In this document: positions 59,801 to 64,000 of the stretch, in pieces | Position numbering within the stretch: the first letter of the stretch is position 1 | How the letters are laid out: each line of letters starts with the position of its first letter | Assembly: GCF_002753895.1 (NCBI RefSeq) | Contig: NZ_NJER01000001.1 | Coordinates: 1,114,910-1,178,909, forward strand | DNA from: Halobacteriovorax sp. JY17 | Lineage (GTDB): Bacteria > Bdellovibrionota > Bacteriovoracia > Bacteriovoracales > Bacteriovoracaceae | Direction: 5' to 3' | Length of the DNA stretch: 64,000 bases | Position numbers and translations under genes: made by a program | Notes under the pieces: model-generated | Told to the model about the DNA's origin: nothing | The model's database searches: none | The model's input: only the letters and a program-made list of their open reading frames with translations

Positions 59801-60892
59801 ATGCAAGTTTACTCTAAAGCGACTCAGAAATTTCTAAAAATTTGTAAGGCCAAGGCCAAAGAAATTCTTATTCAAGAAATGAAAATTGACTTTAATAGAT
59901 CAAGAGTCAAATGGAAGAACTACTCTGTCCCCCTAAGTTTTGTTGTCTTTGAACACCAAACAAATCTTGGATTCTTCAATCATCATCTCTATCAAATTGG
60001 TCTAAATAAGAGATTATTACTTTTAAATGACTTCAAAGTTTTGGCGGATGTTATTCGCCATGAGCTCGCGCATTTTGAGGCCTACTTAAGATATGGAAGT
60101 TCTATTAACGATCATGGAACCGAATACAGAGATATCTGTAAATCCCATGGTTGGAATGAAGATATTTATGGGGCCAAACTTAAACTTAGTGAAACTCTCC
60201 CCCATTTTAAAGCAGATAATACTAAGAATGAGAAATTGATTTCAAGAGTTCAAAAGCTTTTAAGTTTAGCTAACTCCGATAATTTAAATGAGTCACGTTT
60301 AGCAACTGCAAAGGCAAATGAGCTTCTTCTAAAGTTTAATTTAACAGAAGAAGACTTAAGCGAAGAAGAAGATGAAACATTTCTTTTAAGAGTCCTTGAA
60401 GGAACAAAAGTAAACGCTAAGGCCAAGGCCATTTACGAAATCCTCACAACCTTTAATGTTCAACCTGTTTTTAGTCACGCTAAAGGACATTATTATCTTG
60501 AGGTCGTAGGCTCTAGAGTCAACGTAGAGCTCGCCCACTACGTCTGCGACTACCTTGTCCATGAACTCGACTACCTATGGAAGGAAACACAGAAGGAGAA
60601 TTTGGGTCTAAAAGGACTTGGTGCTAAGAACTCCTTCTTTCGAGGAGTGGCCACTGGCTACAAAGAACAAATTCAAGAAATACAAAGCTCATCTTTTTCA
60701 AATAAAGATCTTATGATTTTAAAAGAAGATCTAGAAGTGCGAGTTAAGAATGTCTACTCTCGTCTCTCCTACTCAAGTAGTCAGAGAATAAAGAATAACT
60801 CTAGGAGTGCAGATCTTGGAAAGTCGGCTGGAAAGAATTTGAAGATAAAGAAATCAATTTCAAACTCATCAATTATAAAACTCTTGAGGTAA
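59801..60892 (+). CDS. SprT-like zinc metalloprotease fused to DUF2786-like domain
   Basis: RHELAH...HG.EYR.IC (SprT-like), then KL.SRVQKLL.LA.S.N.NE...A..KA.ELL.K.NL (DUF2786-like). Confidence 0.8.
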   Translation: MQVYSKATQKFLKICKAKAKEILIQEMKIDFNRSRVKWKNYSVPLSFVVFEHQTNLGFFNHHLYQIGLNKRLLLLNDFKVLADVIRHELAHFEAYLRYGSSINDHGTEYRDICKSHGWNEDIYGAKLKLSETLPHFKADNTKNEKLISRVQKLLSLANSDNLNESRLATAKANELLLKFNLTEEDLSEEEDETFLLRVLEGTKVNAKAKAIYEILTTFNVQPVFSHAKGHYYLEVVGSRVNVELAHYVCDYLVHELDYLWKETQKENLGLKGLGAKNSFFRGVATGYKEQIQEIQSSSFSNKDLMILKEDLEVRVKNVYSRLSYSSSQRIKNNSRSADLGKSAGKNLKIKKSISNSSIIKLLR

Positions 60893-60895
60893 TTT

Positions 60896-61336
60896 ATGAC
60901 TCCCAAAGAACTAGAGACACTCTTTAGAAAAATTTCAAATTTTGACAAGCACCTAGGTCTAGAGTTTGAATTAAAGGGTCCTGGAAAAATAGAATACACT
61001 CTTCCAATAACAGAAAATCACTTAAGTAGTCCAAAGACCTGCCATGGGGGGGTTATTTCAGCAATGATGGATTGTGTTCTAGGTTTAACAGTCCTTTCCT
61101 ATTCTGTAACAATTGATAAATTGTGCTCAACGGTTGAATTTAAAACGAATTTTATTACACCTGCAAGTCTTGGTGATACAATTAAAGGAACTGCAGAACT
61201 TGATTACGTTGGAAATTCCTTAGTAGTCTGCAACGGCTCTATCACATGTCTAGAGACGGGAAAAATTGTAGCAAAGGGAATGGGAACTTTTAATCTCTAC
61301 CCACTTTCAAAAAAGGATTTAGAAAAATGGAGCTAA
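60896..61336 (+). CDS. PaaI-family thioesterase
   Basis: H......HGG.ISA.MD...G and TVEFKTNFI.PA..G hotdog motifs. Confidence 0.9.
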   Translation: MTPKELETLFRKISNFDKHLGLEFELKGPGKIEYTLPITENHLSSPKTCHGGVISAMMDCVLGLTVLSYSVTIDKLCSTVEFKTNFITPASLGDTIKGTAELDYVGNSLVVCNGSITCLETGKIVAKGMGTFNLYPLSKKDLEKWS

Positions 61337-61728
61337 AGAGAACAAATCATAAAATCATTGCGGGAGCATTACTTATGGCCCTCGCCGTTGCTCTAGGGGC
61401 AATGGGTGCACACGCTCTCGAGAAAACTCTTACAGTGAAAAACCTCGCGACTTTTAAGACGGGAGTTCAATACCAAATGCTCCACGCTTTTGGTCTAATA
61501 TTTCTAGGAATATTAGATAGAGTTTTCAATGACCGCTTTAAGATTGAAACAGCATTATTCACTCTAGGTATTATACTCTTTTCATTTAATTGCTATATCT
61601 ATGCTTTAACTAGCATCAAGATCTTCGCGCTACTCATTCCTGTTGGAGGGGTTACATTTATCTTTGGATGGTTGTCTCTAGGCCTTAGGTTCTTCAAGAT
61701 TTCTCATAAAAACAGCAGCTTACCTTAG
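61327..61728 (+). CDS. DUF423 family membrane protein
   Basis: ALGA.GAH.L, F.TG..YQ..HA, G..LFS...Y, PVGG..FI.GW. Confidence 0.9.
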   Translation: MELKRTNHKIIAGALLMALAVALGAMGAHALEKTLTVKNLATFKTGVQYQMLHAFGLIFLGILDRVFNDRFKIETALFTLGIILFSFNCYIYALTSIKIFALLIPVGGVTFIFGWLSLGLRFFKISHKNSSLP

Positions 61729-61800
61729 ATGGTTTTCCTTTAGAAATCCTCAAGCTATACCGAATAGAATAAAGTAAGTAATTTAGCTTCGAGGATTTCT

Positions 61801-62163
61801 GTGTCGACAAAGAAACAAATTGATAAATATATTACGACATGTACGACGACATTTAAAATGTTTGATCATGAAGTGATTGTTTCTAAGAATAAAGCAAATC
61901 TCTGGCACTTTACAGCGAAGAGAAATGAGAAGAAGTATCTTGTCTACTGCGCGCCGAACCTATCTAAAGTTAAATCCATTATAAAAATTGCTCTAAAGAA
62001 AGTTCCTGCTGATTCAAAGCTTGTGGTTATTTGCAATGCTTTCACTGCCGATGAAAAGGCCCTCGCAGATGATTCAAATTATGCTCTCGTTGATATGATT
62101 ACTCTAAAGAAGTATGGAATGGAAATGTTAGAAGCCAAGAGTGATTTACCTATGGCCGCTTAA
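61801..62163 (+). CDS. Hypothetical protein, possible restriction-endonuclease-like (Mrr_cat-like) fold
   Basis: GTG start with GAGG RBS. C-terminal LVVICNAFTADEKALA....ALVD...L resembles the Mrr_cat tail (weak). Confidence 0.5.
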   Translation: MSTKKQIDKYITTCTTTFKMFDHEVIVSKNKANLWHFTAKRNEKKYLVYCAPNLSKVKSIIKIALKKVPADSKLVVICNAFTADEKALADDSNYALVDMITLKKYGMEMLEAKSDLPMAA

Positions 62164-62861
62164 ACCTGTTTTTCGTCTGGGCCAAAGAGCCACTTATGCT
62201 GCTGGCCTATAACTCTAAATAAACTTCCCCCTTCTTCATTCCACTTAATAACATTTCTAAAACGCTCAAGAGGAAATTCCTCATTTAAATTATAAGACGG
62301 TGTTAGACACCACGGAAAGTTAAGAGAGCTATTCATCGACAAGAGCTCATTATACATATCTACAGTCGCTCTATAGTCTTCTTCTGTTTCAACAACCGCT
62401 TTTATCTGAAATTTTCCAGGGTAATTTTGGATAAGTTTATTTAAGGCCTGAACACGAGTTTTCACTCCCGTAGAAGGAGTTTTAAAATCAAAACTTATGA
62501 AATCTAATTTATTAAATATTTCATCAACGACTCTTGTTCCGGCTGCTTCGATATTAACAAAGTATCCTCTCTCTTTAAGAGTTTCAACAAGACTTAAAAC
62601 CTGATCAGTGTGACTTGGGTGTAGAGGATCGCCGCCAGTAATTGAAACGCGCTTCATTCTCTCGCCACCAGCATCTTCAATCCCCGTTAGAACTTCTTCT
62701 AATGTCCAATTGCGTCCAGTAAAATCCCAAGTATCTTTAGAGTCACAGTTAAGACATCCGATTGCACATCCCTGAAAACGTACAAAGACCTGAGGTGTTC
62801 CAATATGAACTCCTTCGCCTTCTGTCGCGGGATAAATAGAATTTATTAAAAACGATTTCAA
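62160..62861 (-). CDS. queE: 7-carboxy-7-deazaguanine synthase (radical SAM)
   Basis: IY...EGEG...G.P.VFVRF.GC...C..CDS.DTW, ITGGDP, Q.HK end. Confidence 0.9.
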   Translation of the reverse strand: MKSFLINSIYPATEGEGVHIGTPQVFVRFQGCAIGCLNCDSKDTWDFTGRNWTLEEVLTGIEDAGGERMKRVSITGGDPLHPSHTDQVLSLVETLKERGYFVNIEAAGTRVVDEIFNKLDFISFDFKTPSTGVKTRVQALNKLIQNYPGKFQIKAVVETEEDYRATVDMYNELLSMNSSLNFPWCLTPSYNLNEEFPLERFRNVIKWNEEGGSLFRVIGQQHKWLFGPDEKQV

Positions 62862-63002
62862 ATGCTTAACCTTCCTCTAGCCCTCACTTATATCATAGAA
62901 TCAGCGCTTAAAAGGCCAGAGTCTGTAGTCTTTACACAGCTTTTTTAACACTAGCAAGGCTCTTGCTGATAAAAGTCTAAACTTTTGCTATATTTAGAAG
63001 CT

Positions 63003-63470
63003 ATGAAGGATAGAAAAGATAAATTAGGTAGAGAAATTGATATTAATTCTATTGATAGAAATAGACTTAAACTCAACGCAAGTGATCTCCCAGGTCTAGT
63101 CGCCTACGCAACAAACGCCAGTAGCGCTCTTATAAATCCAGAAGATGAAGGTAAGATAAAGAGTAAGGCCCTAAGGGCCATGCATCAGCAAACAGCAAAA
63201 CAAATGGACCAATTGTTGGAGCAAATGCAGCCCCTAATTGAACAGGCCGCAAAGTTAAAGAAGAGAGTTGAAGTTAGTGAACTTATCTATGGTGCCCATA
63301 TCTCTTTTGAGCCCATGATCGGAGAAATTTATCACTTATACCAAAAAGAAAATGAAGAACACCTACTCTCAATTATTGCCCCTAACGAGTGGGGAGAAAG
63401 TATGCCTTATAAGTCGTGGATTGCAACAGTAGAGCTATTAGCCGACCACACTTGGCAAATCATAGATTAA
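63003..63470 (+). CDS. DUF2452 family protein
   Basis: FEP.IG.IYHLY......LSIIAPNEWG and V.LL.D.TW motifs; ATG at 63003 preferred over the TTG at 62985. Confidence 0.75.
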   Translation: MKDRKDKLGREIDINSIDRNRLKLNASDLPGLVAYATNASSALINPEDEGKIKSKALRAMHQQTAKQMDQLLEQMQPLIEQAAKLKKRVEVSELIYGAHISFEPMIGEIYHLYQKENEEHLLSIIAPNEWGESMPYKSWIATVELLADHTWQIID

Positions 63471-63883
63471 TTTAAAATATAGTCCTTCCACATTTCAAGA
63501 AGAATAGAATTTGATACGAATGTTTTCTCATCAACAATACATCTCGCATCATCATCCCAAAACTTTTGGTCATTAAATTTATATTTAATAATTTGTGGAG
63601 AACCTTTTAATTCACGACAAACTTTAAACCCAGGAGAGCCCATAGTTGAAGCATACTTGCGTAGATCGACAGGTCTTTTAAAAGGCTCTTTTAAAAAGTG
63701 ACACTTTCTTTCGGAACAATTTTGAGAGTAAATACTTCCTCCCTCGCTCTCTTTACAAAACTTCAGATTCTGTACGATCTCTTTTTGATTTTTGATATAC
63801 TTAATTTGCCCAACGCCGCAGACTTCTTTTGCATATACTGGCTTACCCAAGAATAGGGAAAGTAAGATCACCTTATTTAACAT
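63467..63883 (-). CDS. Small exported Cys-containing hypothetical protein
   Basis: Signal peptide, six Cys, GGAG RBS; overlaps the upstream stop. Confidence 0.7.
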   Translation of the reverse strand: MLNKVILLSLFLGKPVYAKEVCGVGQIKYIKNQKEIVQNLKFCKESEGGSIYSQNCSERKCHFLKEPFKRPVDLRKYASTMGSPGFKVCRELKGSPQIIKYKFNDQKFWDDDARCIVDEKTFVSNSILLEMWKDYILN

Positions 63884-63998
63884 AACTCACTCCATGCATC
63901 GACTCTCGTAAATACTCTTCAGGCATCCAGTGGTTTCCTCCACCAGAATTTGTTCTAGAATCATAGGAAGATCCCTTTGTTCTTCCCCAGCTATTTCT
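63873..63998 (-). CDS. 3' end of a papain-like (C1) cysteine protease, truncated by window edge
   Basis: Minus frame reads RNSWGRTKG...GNHWMPEEYL...YVK*; RNSWG is the catalytic-Asn motif of C1 peptidases. Not in the ORF track. Confidence 0.65.
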   Translation of the reverse strand, partial: RNSWGRTKGSSYDSRTNSGGGNHWMPEEYLRESMHGVSYVK

Positions 63999-64000
63999 TA

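Noticed and set aside
9322-62861. dusB, DUF523 and queE as a tRNA-modification cluster
   Set aside because: They are tens of kb apart in unrelated contexts; no linkage.

Overview
AT-rich bacterial chromosome segment. The gene content (short 277-aa flagellin, S74-chaperone fibre, GYF-domain membrane protein, many Cys-rich exported proteins) points to a predatory Bdellovibrionota, probably Bacteriovoracaceae/Halobacteriovorax-like; this is an inference. Housekeeping genes (ffh, dusB, uvrB, lysA, carD, ndk, sucCD, sdhCAB, queE, hutG-like) are interleaved with lineage-specific exported proteins. I saw no rRNA, tRNA, CRISPR array, integrase or transposase. The main unexplained items are: (1) a six-gene, all-exported, Cys-rich cluster (33877-41853) whose layout suggests a major subunit, an internal terminator, a paralogous minor/tip subunit and accessory proteins, i.e. 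a candidate novel surface fibre or coat; (2) a sigma28-type five-gene CheY module with no CheA/CheW/MCP, including a His-less HPt-fold protein ending in a CheZ-type C-terminal peptide, a degenerate HD-GYP and a pseudo-receiver/disordered/GAF-like scaffold; (3) a trimeric S74 fibre gene coupled to a secreted protein with five fibrinogen-like modules; (4) a sigma54 consensus promoter facing a terminator about 95 nt away, suggesting an unannotated sRNA; (5) sigma28-type promoters in front of several unknown exported proteins. All family assignments come from motif recognition by eye; no database searches were run.
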